The notes beneath the pieces were generated by a model, which did no database searches, was not told where the DNA came from, and saw only the letters and a list, made by a program, of their open reading frames with translations. A stretch of DNA of 63,067 nucleotides, counting the filler, from Octopus bimaculoides (lineage: Eukaryota): the NCBI RefSeq assembly GCF_001194135.2. It is 5 parts of 4 records of this genome, joined end to end, with 100 filler letters (N's around TTAATTAATTAA, not from the genome) between each part and the next. Parts side by side here need not be neighbours in the genome. Positions count along the whole stretch, not along the records: positions 10,189 to 25,168 come from NC_068981.1; positions 25,269 to 47,175 come from NC_068983.1; 3 more parts are not named here. One strand, 5' to 3'. Within the stretch, counting starts at the first letter, position 1; the number at the start of each line of letters is the position of its first letter. Below, one piece after another: positions 11,584 to 25,830 of this stretch. The position numbers and the translations under genes are program-made.

Positions 11584-12219
11584 TATACGAGAAGAAAACC
11601 AACGTTTCCGCTGGTATGCCTTTAATTTAATTAGATAACAAAGAAGAAGCATTTACGATCGTTTCAGTTTACTTGTTTTAGTAAATCTCTTCAGAATGCT
11701 AAAAATAGATTGATACATCGGTCAGGATGCGAAAATATTTCATACATATGTGATGGTAATAGAGACAAAGTTAGTAAATCTTGCATTAAATTTTGCTCTT
11801 GAGCTGGTAACTTAATACACACGTGCGAAAAAAATGTGCTTAGTCAAACTCGGAAGACCACACCAAAATAATACGCACCCCGCTCTAATTGACCAACGAA
11901 ACTAACCAATCTACCACTATGAAACCTCTCCTCAGCGAAATCACCAGCTCAAGAACAAAATTTAATGTAAGATTTACTAATTTNNNNNNNNNNNNNNNNN
12001 NNNNNNNNNNNNNNNNNNNNNNNNNNNNNNNNNNNNNNNNNNNNNNNNNNNNNNNNNNNNNNNNNNNNNNNNNNNNNNNNNNNNNNNNNNNNNNNNNNNN
12101 NNNNNNNNNNNNNNNNNNNNNNNNNNNNNNNNNNNNNNNNNNNNNNNNNNNNNNNNNNNNNNNNNNNNNNNNNNNNNNNNNNNNNNNNNNNNNNNNNNNN
12201 NNNNNNNNNNNNNNNNNNN

Positions 12220-12252
<33 letters not shown>

Positions 12253-15200
12253 TAAAAATAAATACAAAAAAAAAACAAAGAGTTTTGTATGATCGTGTAT
12301 AGAGGAATATATTATTTCGTTTTATTTAAAAGAGTTCCAACTCTGTTTTTTTATGTTTTATTTATATTGTAAAATTAATGTGGGATATAGAATATGGAAT
12401 GTATAATATATAATATAAAAATGGATGGGACAATGAAATGAAGTATTGAATGTCTTACTGAATATATGAAATACTGAGTGTTCAATATAAAGAATTAAAT
12501 ATATAAAGGTGAATACGTATTTTCATACCTTGTGGTATTCCTCATGGCCTCCGTCTGACATAATATCAAAGTAAGCAACAAGGATATCTAGAGGTAATGC
12601 AGTGCGACCGTTTCATGCAACTCCATTTAATTGAACAATGCAATCATTGCATCAATTTAAAATGCAGAGCAATCTTCAGCAGCATAAAGACATAGAATTT
12701 AATTAAATTAGAATAGATGGATACATTAGTATAATAATACCTAAAATCTCCCAGAGGTTAGGGAGACAGACAGAGAACAACTTGCTTTAGCCACGCCATG
12801 GATTTAATCGACTAGCCCCTTCTCCCGAACGTACTGTCCTTGTGCCAAAATTTGAAAGCAATATTACACTTCACATATACTTGTAAAACAAAATACTAGT
12901 TAATCACTAGTTATCAGGGGATTGGGCTTACGTTCACAAAGTCAAGAGCTCGATTTGAACCGGAGCCACGCATTATGTCCTTCTACAAAAACATTTCACA
13001 TTATACCATTCTGCTCAATTGTGTACTAACCGGTTGCTGGTACATCTCTCTACCTTCCTCCAGCACTAACCCCATCGATGTTCCACTGAGGACCTTTATG
13101 TTTGCTCACGTCTATATAAACATATAAAACGAGTAGCAACTGCATGGTATAAGAGATCAGGTGATACTCCCTTGCGATTCACAGTTATGATTTTATGATC
13201 ACTGCTTCAACTAAGCCTTTGTCTCAATATCCCTCTTGGCACCATTTTAAAATACTGTATAGATATGAACACTCTTGCCTTCTACTTGATCGCTGAAATA
13301 GGTTTCCTTCCAATTTCAAACTGGAATCATTATACTTCACCTCGTATTATAGAAAAATAATAACGTTTTTTTTGCTTTGATATGTAGACAATATTGCTGG
13401 AATTACTTATCCGTTTGTTCTATTGGTGATTTTATCTGCTTGCTTCCACAATGGCAGTGATGCCATCCATAAAAGCACATATCAAGCCTTTTATTTTGTT
13501 ATTCTTTTACTTGTTTCATCCATTTTACTGCAGGCATACAAGAGCACCACTTGAAGGGTTTAGTCAATCATTTGACATCCGAGGAGATTTTTGACTCAAC
13601 ACAATCTCTATATCCATAACGAAGAGGACTAAAAGAATGGTGTTCTGCTCCCTATTAAATATCCGTCTTCAATGCTCGTCGGTTAGTTGTGGATTTCTTG
13701 ATAGTAAAGCACATGAATTCTTAATGTAAGGTACTATAGAAGAATTTCCTGCACACTCTTTGGATTGTAAAACAATCCCATGCTTTGTGCATCAATCAGC
13801 ATAAGGGGAGCTGATCCAACCTGAGGTTGTTTCCCCCCGTCTTATATGAATGCTGAATTAAGTTCCAAATCATTAAAACGGTCTAAGTCCTCCCAGTGCA
13901 AGAAATTTTACCAACCTTCTTCCCAATAAGCACTTTACAGAGAAAAAGGCTATTAGAGGGAACTTGTCATTTTTGATACCCGTTCGTTTTTAAACATCTG
14001 CAACTCATCTGCCAAATATAATGTCTCTATTGTTGATTCGTCTTTCCAAAATAATTGTATGCAGAAGTGTGTTGCCTAAGTTACCATAAGTGTGTATGTA
14101 TGTCTGTGTGTTTGTGTGGGCAAAGTGGAACAGGTAGATTCAAAGCTGTTCTTAGTAGCGTTACTGGCTCCGGGCAATTCAATGAGCTGAGCTTAAAAGT
14201 AGTTATTTATTGACAGCAAACCACAACATACATAGATTAGAATTGAGCCCCTAGACCCGTGAGGCTCTGCGCAGCTACCCAACAGGTCCACGCCTTAAGG
14301 CGGTATTTGGTAAATCTATGTGTGTGAAGGTATAAAACAGAAATCACGTGGCAGACATACACAACCATATGCTGCAAGCATTTGCCCCCTATTTCTATTC
14401 ATATCATTTTCTTCTCAAGGTTAACAGAAACGAACCAGTGAAATACGTGTGTTGCTATAGTTACAGTAGTGACTTAAATGCTACTAAATAACATATAACA
14501 TCTTCTGGTGGCAGTGATCATGTCATACAGCAGCTTGTTTACAATAACATCACGTGATTTTTCTTTTTTGTTTCATTTTTTTGTTATGCTTTTGCAATCT
14601 CACCATAACAGCTCAAGCCGAGAAAGCAAAATATATATGACATTATAAGATTAGATATAATAGCAGTAAGCTACCTAAACTGCCGTATTGTTTCACAAGC
14701 TTCTGCAATATGTATGTATATATGTATATATATATATGTATNNNNNNNNNNNNNNNNNNNNNNNNNNNNNNNNNNNNNNNNNNNNNNNNNNNNNNNNNNN
14801 NNNNNNNNNNNNNNNNNNNNNNNNNNNNNNNNNNNNNNNNNNNNNNNNNNNNNNNNNNNNNNNNNNNNNNNNNNNNNNNNNNNNNNNNNNNNNNNNNNNN
14901 NNNNNNNNNNNNNNNNNNNNNNNNNNNNNNNNNNNNNNNNNNNNNNNNNNNNNNNNNNNNNNNNNNNNNNNNNNNNNNNNNNNNNNNNNNNNNNNNNNNN
15001 NNNNNNNNNNNNNNNNNNNNNNNNNNNNNNNNNNNNNNNNNNNNNNNNNNNNNNNNNNNNNNNNNNNNNNNNNNNNNNNNNNNNNNNNNNNNNNNNNNNN
15101 NNNNNNNNNNNNNNNNNNNNNNNNNNNNNNNNNNNNNNNNNNNNNNNNNNNNNNNNNNNNNNNNNNNNNNNNNNNNNNNNNNNNNNNNNNNNNNNNNNNN

Positions 15201-15459
15201 NNNNNNNNNNNNNNNNNNNNNNNNNNNNNNNNNNNNNNNNNNNNNNNNNNNNNNNNNNNNNNNNNNNNNNNNNNNNNNNNNNNNNNNNNNNNNNNNNNNN
15301 NNNNNNNNNNNNNNNNNNNNNNNNNNNNNNNNNNNNNNNNNNNNNNNNNNNNNNNNNNNNNNNNNNNNNNNNNNNNNNNNNNNNNNNNNNNNNNNNNNNN
15401 NNNNNNNNNNNNNNNNNNNNNNNNNNNNNNNNNNNNNNNNNNNNNNNNNNNNNNNNNNN

Positions 15460-16016
15460 TTCATTTCGTGCGGCACCTATTTCTCAAGTATTTTTGTTTT
15501 TCCAATCTCTTTCAAGTGGTTGGAAATTGTCGTATACGTTATGTCTAATTCAGAAGCAAGCTGTCGAACGTGGATTGACTTCGTGCGTGGATTGGCTTCG
15601 ACTAAGGCTCTTAGTTGATCGTTGTCAACATCCGATGGCCGACCACTACGTTTATGATCTTCAAGACTCTCGTCACCGCTGCGAAATTTCTTGAACCACC
15701 ATTGTGCTGTGTGTTCCTTAGTGGTTCCTGGGCCAAACGCATCGTTGATATCGTGAGCTGTTTCAGCAGCTTTTTGGCTTAGCTTGAACTGGAATAAGAA
15801 AATTGTGCGAATTTGCCTTTTGTCCTTATTATATTCAACGTTCTGCAAACAATGGCCTAATTATTAAAAAAGAAAAAGAGTAATAGGATTAGATAGAGCG
15901 AAACACGGGCTTTAAAATGATATATGAATTCAAAGTAATTTACCTAAAATTAATTTGAAAAGACTTCATTTAAAACTAAAATTAAAAATTCCGCAAGAAT
16001 TTTCTTGTCAACCCAA
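15460..16016 (-). mobile_element. Mariner transposon 5' part (pseudogenised transposase), runs into gap
   Basis: TIR ttgggttgacaagaaa with TA at 16017-16018. ORF 15848-15477 has WFKKFRSGDESLED..RSGRP. The WVPHE motif is mutated to stop-VPHE. Confidence 0.9.
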
Positions 16017-16980
16017 TACAATACTATGCCTTGAATGCTGTGTGGTTTGAGATAGGCGTTGAGAGGTCAAAAGTATTTCATTGTAGCTGCTTAATTTACG
16101 TCTACTAATTTACGCGGTCAGTGGTCATGACGTTGCTCAGGTGAAGTTGTTAACATAGCTATACAGTTGACAGCAGAGGCAGCGTTCGAATCCTACAGAC
16201 GATGTCGTTAGAAATTAGATTATTATCATTAATGATTTCTACATTAGATACAAGGTCACGTGATTGCAATGGAACATTACTTCATTTGCATTTACTCTAC
16301 AGAATGTAGAAGGATGAACAGCAAAATCTCTCTGGATTGGAAACGAACTCAGAACTTTAAATGATACAACCAAACACTGTAAAAGTCACCGTAAGAGGTT
16401 CTACCTATTTTGTCAATCCAGCGACCTCAAACCTTGCTCATGTAACAAGATAGGAACCTTCTCTTTCGCTTCTTGAGAGACCCACCTCCAGCCTACACTC
16501 GCTGAGACAGAAAGGTTTTTCTTTAAATATTTATTATGTTTGTACTTTATAACTATTTGAAGTAATATTATTTTTTACCGGTTATTTTTTAGTCTAACAG
16601 TAGATATTTTATAATAATCTCTTTTTGTAGTTGCACAATGTTTCTACCTGTATTTGTGGCTAATATACAGTTCTCTATCATGTTATAAAGACTATATTCC
16701 ATCTGCTTATTTCGATAAGTGTTTATCGTCAAATTTTCTATGCAATTTATCTCTTTTCTCATAAGAAAATAGTTTGAAATCTTCAGGGAAATCTTTTATG
16801 CAATATTCGGATTTTCTAGACTGGTTCCGAAATCTAGTTAATTAAGAACACAACTATCACGCTAATTAAAAAAAAAAAACTCCGGGATAAGAAAATTTCG
16901 CCACTGACATGCAAATACTTATGAATCACTCAACTTGACATTGTAAAGCACTCACACAATTGAAAGAAGGAGGAGATATT

Positions 16981-17191
16981 CTTTTCTACTCTAGGTACAC
17001 GGCCCGAAATTTTGGGAGAGGGCCCAGTCGATTACATCGATCTCAATATGCAACTGGTACTTAATTTATCGACCTCGAAAGGATGAAAGACGAAGTCGAC
17101 CTCGGCGGAATTTGAACTCAAAACGTAGATAGACGAAATACTGATGAGTATTTCGCCCGGCGTGCTAACGTTTCTGCTATCTCACCGCCTT
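16981..17191 (-). mobile_element. tRNA-derived SINE family B (B1 tail)
   Basis: Head aaggcggtgag...gttagcacgccgggcg, B-box gagttcaaattcc, tail gggccgtgtacctagagtagaaaag. Confidence 0.9.
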
Positions 17192-17404
17192 GTTTATAGC
17201 TCAAATATTATTAACCAAAAGCGACTTAGTTGACAAATTATGGACTGGATGAACTTAGAAATTTTACTATTTATTTTCCAGCGAGAGGAAATTTGAACGC
17301 GTAAAAGTATTGTGTCCTACTCAACAATCACGTGCGTTCAGTCAACTACCTCACCTGAATATATTTGTACATCAGACGTCACAGAATCCCATTCAGTTAA
17401 TGCG

Positions 17405-17682
17405 ATCATCATCATCATACTCATCATCATCATCAACCCACTGAACATCACGGCCTCGAGTCACAGGACTCATGGGACCGGTTACCCGGTTTCCATGGCG
17501 TATGAGTAACTGAGATTACAACATTCCCGCAAGCTCGTCGTAGAGTGAGTCACTTACAGCTGAGTGGACTGGAGCTATGCGAAATGAAGTGATTTGCTCA
17601 AGAACACAACGCATTGCCAAGTCCGGGAATCGAAACCCTTACCTTTCGATCACAAATGCAACACCCTATACTCTAGACCACG
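17405..17682 (-). mobile_element. tRNA-derived SINE family C with (GAT)n tail
   Basis: Minus strand reads cgtggtctagagtatagggtg...ggtttcgattcccgg (A/B boxes). The tail segment is also present at 2578-2636. Confidence 0.75.
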
Positions 17683-20076
17683 CAGAAGAGTAAAATCTGT
17701 TTCTATGTTACTGTGTTAGGAACAATTCAAACTCATTGAATCAGTTATTTGAAAGTAGGTTGGCTTTAAGGACTGCCATGCCTTCAGTCAACACGAACGA
17801 CAGCAATAACAACAAAGTACCGTAACGAAAGGCCTCATCTACGCTGACTATGTTTTGCTTGGTAAGTAGATCTATCAAGCATAGACGCCCATAAAGAAAA
17901 GATTGACTTAATTCTTGTTGCAATTATCAAAGTTGTCCCATTTCTGATCATCTTATCTTTTTTGCTATCGCGGATTATATTTATCAATCATTTTGAAAGG
18001 AGTAGCGTATGATTTAAGAGAAATTTCGCTGTTAATTTTAGCAAGTTGAACGATAGAACAAAGCATCTCTCGTTAGCTTGGGATAAATTTAATAGTAACG
18101 GAGGTAATATTGTCGGTAAATGTAGATTGCCGTGACCTGTCACACAATACGGTTACGCGTCGCACAAACAACCGTGGAAGCAGTCGTACCAGTGAAACAA
18201 TGTCTGTGAACTCGTGATTACTGTGTCACGAATTAGTAAGGTTAGTTATTGAGCCTACAGTCATAGACACTCATCAATAACAAATATGTCAAAGATGACA
18301 GATTTATACCTCTAGCAAGTATTTGGGGATGTTTGTATAAAATGTGCAAAAGAAAACCACTGTATTGATTGATGACTCATTTGAAATAACTGACGCGTGA
18401 TATCAATCTTCAGGCACTTCACTGGTTTTCAATGTTCCATAGAGACAATAACAATATAACACACTTAAATTCGTTTTTTTTTTTTTATTGGTTTCGTCTG
18501 CAGATTTCAACTTCAGCAAATACAAATTCTTAGAATTTTGCCATTCAACCACAAAGTTACATACCACTGGTCGCTGGTCTTAATTTTTTCTAATACTTTA
18601 TTCAAGTGGTGGGGAAGTAACGATTCACTTTCTGAGGGACTTCGGGGCAAGTTATGGAAAATATACGTAATTCTTAAATTACTGAACTAAGAAGCAGCAA
18701 ATTAAGAAATATAGTCCGAATACTTGCAAGATAATGCACAAGACTAAGCTCAGCAAAAGTCTCTGTGAGAATGTTAAACTTGGTGTCAGATAAAGTTGCT
18801 AAACATAGCAGCCAAACCTTCCTCAGAACTCACCCTACGGCATTTCAAAAGGAAAAGATGCATTAGTTAATGTAGCTGTTCACTTAAGTTATTAATGTTA
18901 CGTAATAGAAGCGTAAGAAAGCAGGAGACACTCGTTCTAAACGAATACGTACAAACTAAAATCAGTTACGAAGGGTTTTCATTCAAAAACATCGAGTTAT
19001 TGGCAAAACGTAATCATTTTGACAGATGAAAGGACGTTATATTTAGAACATATTTCTAATATAGTACAGCGGTTTGCGCTAAAAATGCATCGTTGCTGGA
19101 TAGTCGGATTAAAAAGTGTGGAAGCCTAGCTATTCGTTTTTTAATACGCATGGTGAGAATATTGCAGAGTGTGCATTGCAAGAGTTTTATACAGAGGACA
19201 CAACAACAATCTGAAGACAATGAGATGTATATACATGCATATATANNNNNNNNNNNNNNNNNNNNNNNNNNNNNNNNNNNNNNNNNNNNNNNNNNNNNNN
19301 NNNNNNNNNNNNNNNNNNNNNNNNNNNNNNNNNNNNNNNNNNNNNNNNNNNNNNNNNNNNNNNNNNNNNNNNNNNNNNNNNNNNNNNNNNNNNNNNNNNN
19401 NNNNNNNNNNNNNNNNNNNNNNNNNNNNNNNNNNNNNNNNNNNNNNNNNNNNNNNNNNNNNNNNNNNNNNNNNNNNNNNNNNNNNNNNNNNNNNNNNNNN
19501 NNNNNNNNNNNNNNNNNNNNNNNNNNNNNNNNNNNNNNNNNNNNNNNNNNNNNNNNNNNNNNNNNNNNNNNNNNNNNNNNNNNNNNNNNNNNNNNNNNNN
19601 NNNNNNNNNNNNNNNNNNNNNNNNNNNNNNNNNNNNNNNNNNNNNNNNNNNNNNNNNNNNNNNNNNNNNNNNNNNNNNNNNNNNNNNNNNNNNNNNNNNN
19701 NNNNNNNNNNNNNNNNNNNNNNNNNNNNNNNNNNNNNNNNNNNNNNNNNNNNNNNNNNNNNNNNNNNNNNNNNNNNNNNNNNNNNNNNNNNNNNNNNNNN
19801 NNNNNNNNNNNNNNNNNNNNNNNNNNNNNNNNNNNNNNNNNNNNNNNNNNNNNNNNNNNNNNNNNNNNNNNNNNNNNNNNNNNNNNNNNNNNNNNNNNNN
19901 NNNNNNNNNNNNNNNNNNNNNNNNNNNNNNNNNNNNNNNNNNNNNNNNNNNNNNNNNNNNNNNNNNNNNNNNNNNNNNNNNNNNNNNNNNNNNNNNNNNN
20001 NNNNNNNNNNNNNNNNNNNNNNNNNNNNNNNNNNNNNNNNNNNNNNNNNNNNNNNNNNNNNNNNNNNNNNNNNNNN

Positions 20077-20149
<73 letters not shown>

Positions 20150-22122
20150 TTCCAGGTAGTGAACTGGTGATGGGTTCGTTGGAAATATGTAATCAATGTG
20201 TAACTGGTCATCTGGTACATTTTACTGTGCCCATTCTATTGCGAGCAATGAAATTGAGTCATGTGCCTTCAAATTACTTCATTGTTTCTTCTCACCAGTC
20301 TCAGTGGGTCTGGAAGCAACCATGAGCGCTGCACTTTATATAAAAAGAAACAATAAAATATGATCTGGTTAACTTTTGCCAGTTGTGGGTGAACGGAGTA
20401 AAGGTCACTGATTTGTATAATTTTACCGTCCCTATGTCATCTGAGTGGTTAACTCAGTAAACTCTCAGCAACCCAACTTCATTCTGCATTTAACATGTAT
20501 CATATGACCATGGAAAAGAAACCACAATAACCAATGAAAGCACAGCAATTGGATGAGATTTTTCTTTTTTTTTTTTGAGTTCTGGAAGAGATTTAGGTGC
20601 TGCATTTTCCATGCTAGCGGTACGGAAAATAATGAAACAAAAGAATGGATCGTGAAGAGTGATACATTTTTGACATGTTACAAATCGTTCTGTTTTTGCA
20701 ACTTAATTTGCATAGGAAATTACCTCAGCTTTATGTCTTAAACGAAAATGCATAACCGCACTTATCGATAATTTACATAGTAATAATTCACTGTAATCCT
20801 TCAAGTATTTATTTATAAGAAAATATCTCTGAATAATTGTTCTTTCAATCTTTACTTAATATATTTATGGTTCCCGTACTAATTAACTTGATCAAAAACA
20901 AACAAAAAAAAGCTCAAACAACTACATCAAAAATTTTTACTTGATTGAAGCAGTGCGTTCAAATCTTATCTGCAGAAGTTAAGAGAAACGTAGTGGATAA
21001 TTATACTAGTATTCAACTTTGCACTAACGGACTTAATCAATCAGCCACTTGCTCTTTGGTGTTGTAATTAATATGGTCCAATCTTGTTTGTTTCTTTTTC
21101 CAAGACCACATCCCTTTGGGACGTAATTTCTAATTATGTTTTCCGTTGTAGTATTAACTTCGCTCAATCCAAGCTGAGTATAAGCGGAATTAATATTGCT
21201 CTCACCCAACTATCCTTGTGTTACAATGTATACAAATATTATAATTAGTGGTTACTATCCTTAGTCCTTAGATTAAATTGGAGATAGAAATAAATAAATC
21301 ATAGAAGGCAAATCTGATGACAAAAATAATTGAAGAAATATAAAATAAGGTATTGAGAAATTACATATTCATCAGAGCACTCCGTCGGAACTAGTAGCGA
21401 TGTAATTGTAGAAGACAGTACTAGCACAACCGATAATGATTATTACATATACAACTCCAATATGTCGAAGGGGTTTATAACAAAGAGTAAGAGATACATG
21501 GTACCGAAGACATTCGAACGCGAAGCACAGCATCTTGGTATAAGTTCTTTTATGCTTAGTATTTTTTCTTGATATCATGTCTTTTGGCGTTGGGCTGGCA
21601 AGTCACTGTTGTAATTTATAGAAGAAAAGCTTATGAACCTACTTAACTAGGTCTACTCTGGTTGTTCAAACTTACAATCAAAGGTGTCTCCGCCGTCACA
21701 GTTGAGATCTTTTGTAAACCAGTAAATGTATTCTTCAAAGCCTCCTTGTTTTAAAGATAGATGTACTTTGAAGCTATACTTTAACGAGTTGCAGCAAAAC
21801 GAATGACCGTATGTAGATATTCTCGTTGTACAGGAGAATGTTGTAGGGCCGTGAGATGTGCTTTGACATGAAGTAAACCCCAAGGAACAACGGTTTGCGT
21901 CTCTTCTCTTTTTATTTCCTATGTAATAACCAGTTTACCAATATGATACTTCATCTACCAGTTTTTGAGATTATTATAATTATTTATGTCTTTTATTATA
22001 GATGTTTGTTTTCCCTGAAATCAACTCAGAGAAGAAGAATACTCATGCAGGTGTTTCCACCCCCTCTACAGTTATGGGCCAAGACACTTGCATGAGGGGA
22101 GTGTTACTTCTCCGAAGACCTT

Positions 22123-22558
22123 CTTTTCTACTCTAGGCACAAGGCCCGAAATTTTTGGGGAGGGGGCTAGTCGATTAGATCGACCCTCTCCCCAGTACGC
22201 AACTGGTACTTAATTTATTGATCCCGAAAGAACGAAAGGCAAAGTCGACCTCGGCGGAATTTGAACTCAAAACGTAAAGACAGACAAAATACGCTAGGCA
22301 TTTCACCCGGTGTGCTAATGTTTCTTATTTCTTTATTGCCCACAAGGGGCTAAACATAGAGGGAACAAACAAGGACAGACAAAGGGATTAAGTCGATTAC
22401 ATCGACCCCAGTACGTAACTGGTACTTAATTTATCGACCCCGAAAGGATGAAAGGCAAAGTCGACCTCGGCGGAATTTGAACTCAGAACGTAACGGCAGA
22501 CGAAATACCGCTAAGCATTTCGCCCGGCGTGCTAACGATTCTGCCAGCTCACCGCCTT
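22123..22558 (-). mobile_element. Two tandem SINE family B copies (B2 tail then B1 tail)
   Basis: Units at 22123-22320 and 22321-22558. gaagaccttct flanks the pair at 22114-22124 and 22565-22575. Confidence 0.9.
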
Positions 22559-23680
22559 TCCCCTGAAGACCTTCTGCTGTTGAATTCTCTCTGAAGATTC
22601 TTACTGCCTCATCCTCAGTTCAGCTCTAATTGAGCTGGCTTACAATCGAATACTTTCTACCTGTGACCATCTCTGCCTTGTTTTCGGGAATAGAATATCT
22701 AAGATAACCTTATTCAAGATTTTCATCCATTTTTTTTTCTCTTAAGATCACACTGTGTAATTATTAGTTTGAGTTTTGGCAGCATTTCTAGCTGAGACCT
22801 CCAGTAACTCGTTACTGAAACTGGTGTGTTTCTTTAAGTGAACAAGTGTTGGAACACTTGTAATTTTTGATACTAAATCAACTTCAAGTGTATTTGTTTT
22901 CGTATTGTTTTATTGCCTTTTACGCTTACAACGACATTTTCTCCAAAAAAAAAAAAAAGATACTAATAATAATAATAAATAAGCAAAACAGAAGAAAATG
23001 AATATAAAAAATGAAAATTATCTTCATAAAGTCATCAGTATCATCATAAGTTTTTGTCGTTGTGTTTTACACCACCTACTACAAATTAGTTCAAATTTTA
23101 AGAATATATAGACAAATACAAAGACTGGAATCATTTGGAAAAATTGAGGCGATATTATAGTAAACGAGGTTTCTTCGAGTTGTGGTTATCACTAGCTGAG
23201 AGCGATATATTATCACCGATAGATTTAATATCAAACTCTTGTTTACAAATACATAATGTTTTGTTCATTTGAAAAGAAAATGGCGATGGTTTTTGAGCTG
23301 ATAAAAAGAAACGCACACTTACATACGTGCACACCCACACACATATACATTTCGCTCAAATAAACATACAGATATGCATTCTGCGCGTGCGCACACACAC
23401 AAAATACATGCATTTCGGATACACACTCGCATACAATATCACATTCCTGTACATAAAACGCACTGCTCGCATACGACATAGATAAATGTAAACACAGCGG
23501 TGTACTTTGAAAATTCAAAACATCAAAAAGAAGAAACTACATGCGTGACTAAAAACCTTACAGCAAACCAAGTTTGTATTTTGCTATAATGGTTACTAAT
23601 TAGTTATAGACAACTATGATGTGTTCTTTGTTGTAAGTGATATACAAAGACTATCAATTTTCAAGTGCAGGGTATCTTTA

Positions 23681-23681
<1 letters not shown>

Positions 23682-23746
<65 letters not shown>

Positions 23747-23805
23747 TTATCTAGCTAGCTAGCTAGCTAGCTATCTGTCTGTCTCATTCTCTCTCTCTCT
23801 CTCTC
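23682..23805. repeat. (TATC)n/(TAGC)n/(TC)n compound microsatellite
   Basis: Directly visible. Confidence 0.95.
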
Positions 23806-24140
23806 TGTATATATATATATATANNNNNNNNNNNNNNNNNNNNNNNNNNNNNNNNNNNNNNNNNNNNNNNNNNNNNNNNNNNNNNNNNNNNNNNNNNNNN
23901 NNNNNNNNNNNNNNNNNNNNNNNNNNNNNNNNNNNNNNNNNNNNNNNNNNNNNNNNNNNNNNNNNNNNNNNNNNNNNNNNNNNNNNNNNNNNNNNNNNNN
24001 NNNNNNNNNNNNNNNNNNNNNNNNNNNNNNNNNNNNNNNNNNNNNNNNNNNNNNNNNNNNNNNNNNNNNNNNNNNNNNNNNNNNNNNNNNNNNNNNNNNN
24101 NNNNNNNNNNNNNNNNNNNNNNNNNNNNNNNNNNNNNNNN

Positions 24141-24188
<48 letters not shown>

Positions 24189-24689
24189 CATACATACATA
24201 CATACATACATACATACATACATGCATATATACATAAAAATATAGGTAGATAGATAATTAAATAGATGTGATATCAAACACCGGAAGGATATTGGCTAAT
24301 GAAGTCGAACGTTATTGGAAAGGCTATGAAGATCTATAACTCAGATATGAAAATACAACGATGTAAAATCAACAAATATTGTTGGTTTTGTTGTCAACAG
24401 AAGTGAGTAACCTAGTTAATAAAGAAAACGTGACTCGTTTATTGATGATAAACTAGTGCGCAGCTACATGTTTGGGGTTTCGAATTAAAGTCCGGGTCAA
24501 CAATGTGACTTCGCTTCAAGTAGATTCGGTGGGAGGTTCTTACAAAGAAAACCTTACAAGATCAACCTAATATAAGTTTTGTAAGATTTGCATTTTTTTA
24601 ACAAAGAGAAAATGTGATTTCTCTTTCATTCGTTTAATGCTTGTGAATTGGTATTTAGCAATATCTCAAAAGCGAAAAGCTTACGGAAC

Positions 24690-24860
24690 TGGCATGGCTG
24701 TCAGGTTAAGAAGCTCGTTTTGCAGCCGTGTGCTTTCGGGTTCATTTCAAATGCGCGGCACTTTGAGCAGATGCTTTCTATTATGGCCCCGGGTCGATCA
24801 ATGCATTGTGAGTGATTTTGGTACATTGAAACGTCATATATATGTATGTGTGCGTGTGTG
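24690..24860 (+). mobile_element. Old SINE family A-like 5' fragment
   Basis: ggcatggctgtcaggttaagaagc...cgggttcattt...ttgtgagtgattttggta. Confidence 0.6.
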
Positions 24861-25123
24861 TGTGTGCAGTGAAAACCATTCTAATTCTCGTACGTTATAA
24901 AATTATCCTTGTCGCTTTATAAGTTTGTTCAGAGTTGCCTCTCTTACGTACATCCTATTGACAAGAGTCAATAAAAACGAAACATCGATGTCTAGAATTC
25001 CTGACAGATGGCGATACTGAACAAACCGGGTGTCTTCACACCCATTTACCATAAGAGCAGCTGCAGTGAATTTGCCTTTTAGTAGTTGAAATACGTCACA
25101 TATTTTAACCAAGCTATATATAT

Positions 25124-25168
<45 letters not shown>

Positions 25169-25268
25169 NNNNNNNNNNNNNNNNNNNNNNNNNNNNNNNN
25201 NNNNNNNNNNNNTTAATTAATTAANNNNNNNNNNNNNNNNNNNNNNNNNNNNNNNNNNNNNNNNNNNN
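25169..25268. other. Artificial scaffold-join spacer
   Basis: N44-TTAATTAATTAA-N44. Confidence 0.95.
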
Positions 25269-25558
25269 AGAGTGCTAACAACATCAGAGGGGCAGGGATA
25301 GTGCTCTTCATCTTTGCAGGCCCTCTGAGACTGAGGGTTGATGTTCAATTTGAACATCTGTAGGTCAGTTTCTGTAGGAAAAATATGTGAGGAGGGAATC
25401 CCAGAGGGTTGGGATAAGTGCATAAAGCAAAGTCTTGCAGGGGAAGCACAACGAAGATGATAGGAGGAAAGATGAATGGAGTAGGTGTGCAATTAACTAT
25501 TTCGGAGAAGCAGAGAGTATTGCAATAATAATAATAGAAGAAGCAAGAAAGATAACGT

Positions 25559-25830
25559 GTGATCAAATGGTTGAAATAGAAGCAGTGTTGTAGTAGAAAT
25601 GGTGTGTCTGTGATCCAATGGTTGAAGTAGAAACAGTGTGTAGAAATGTGAGTTAATTGCTGAATCAGTAACAGTGTATCAAGTGATCTAGTGTTGAAGT
25701 AGAAGCTATGTGCCTGTGATCTAGTGATTGAAATAGCTTTGTGTCTCTAATCTAGTGATGGAAGTACAAACTTGTGTGTTTATGATCTGATGATTGAAGT
25801 AGAAACAGTGTATCTGTCAGCTAATGGTTA
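25559..25830 (+). repeat. Degenerate minisatellite, about 6 units of ~32-35 bp
   Basis: Recurrent gtgatc.a.tg.ttgaa.tagaa.cagtgt. Confidence 0.7.

Noticed and set aside
17135-17155. CTGATGA inside a SINE B copy
   Set aside because: It is a point-mutated SINE head with no downstream stem II or GAAA.
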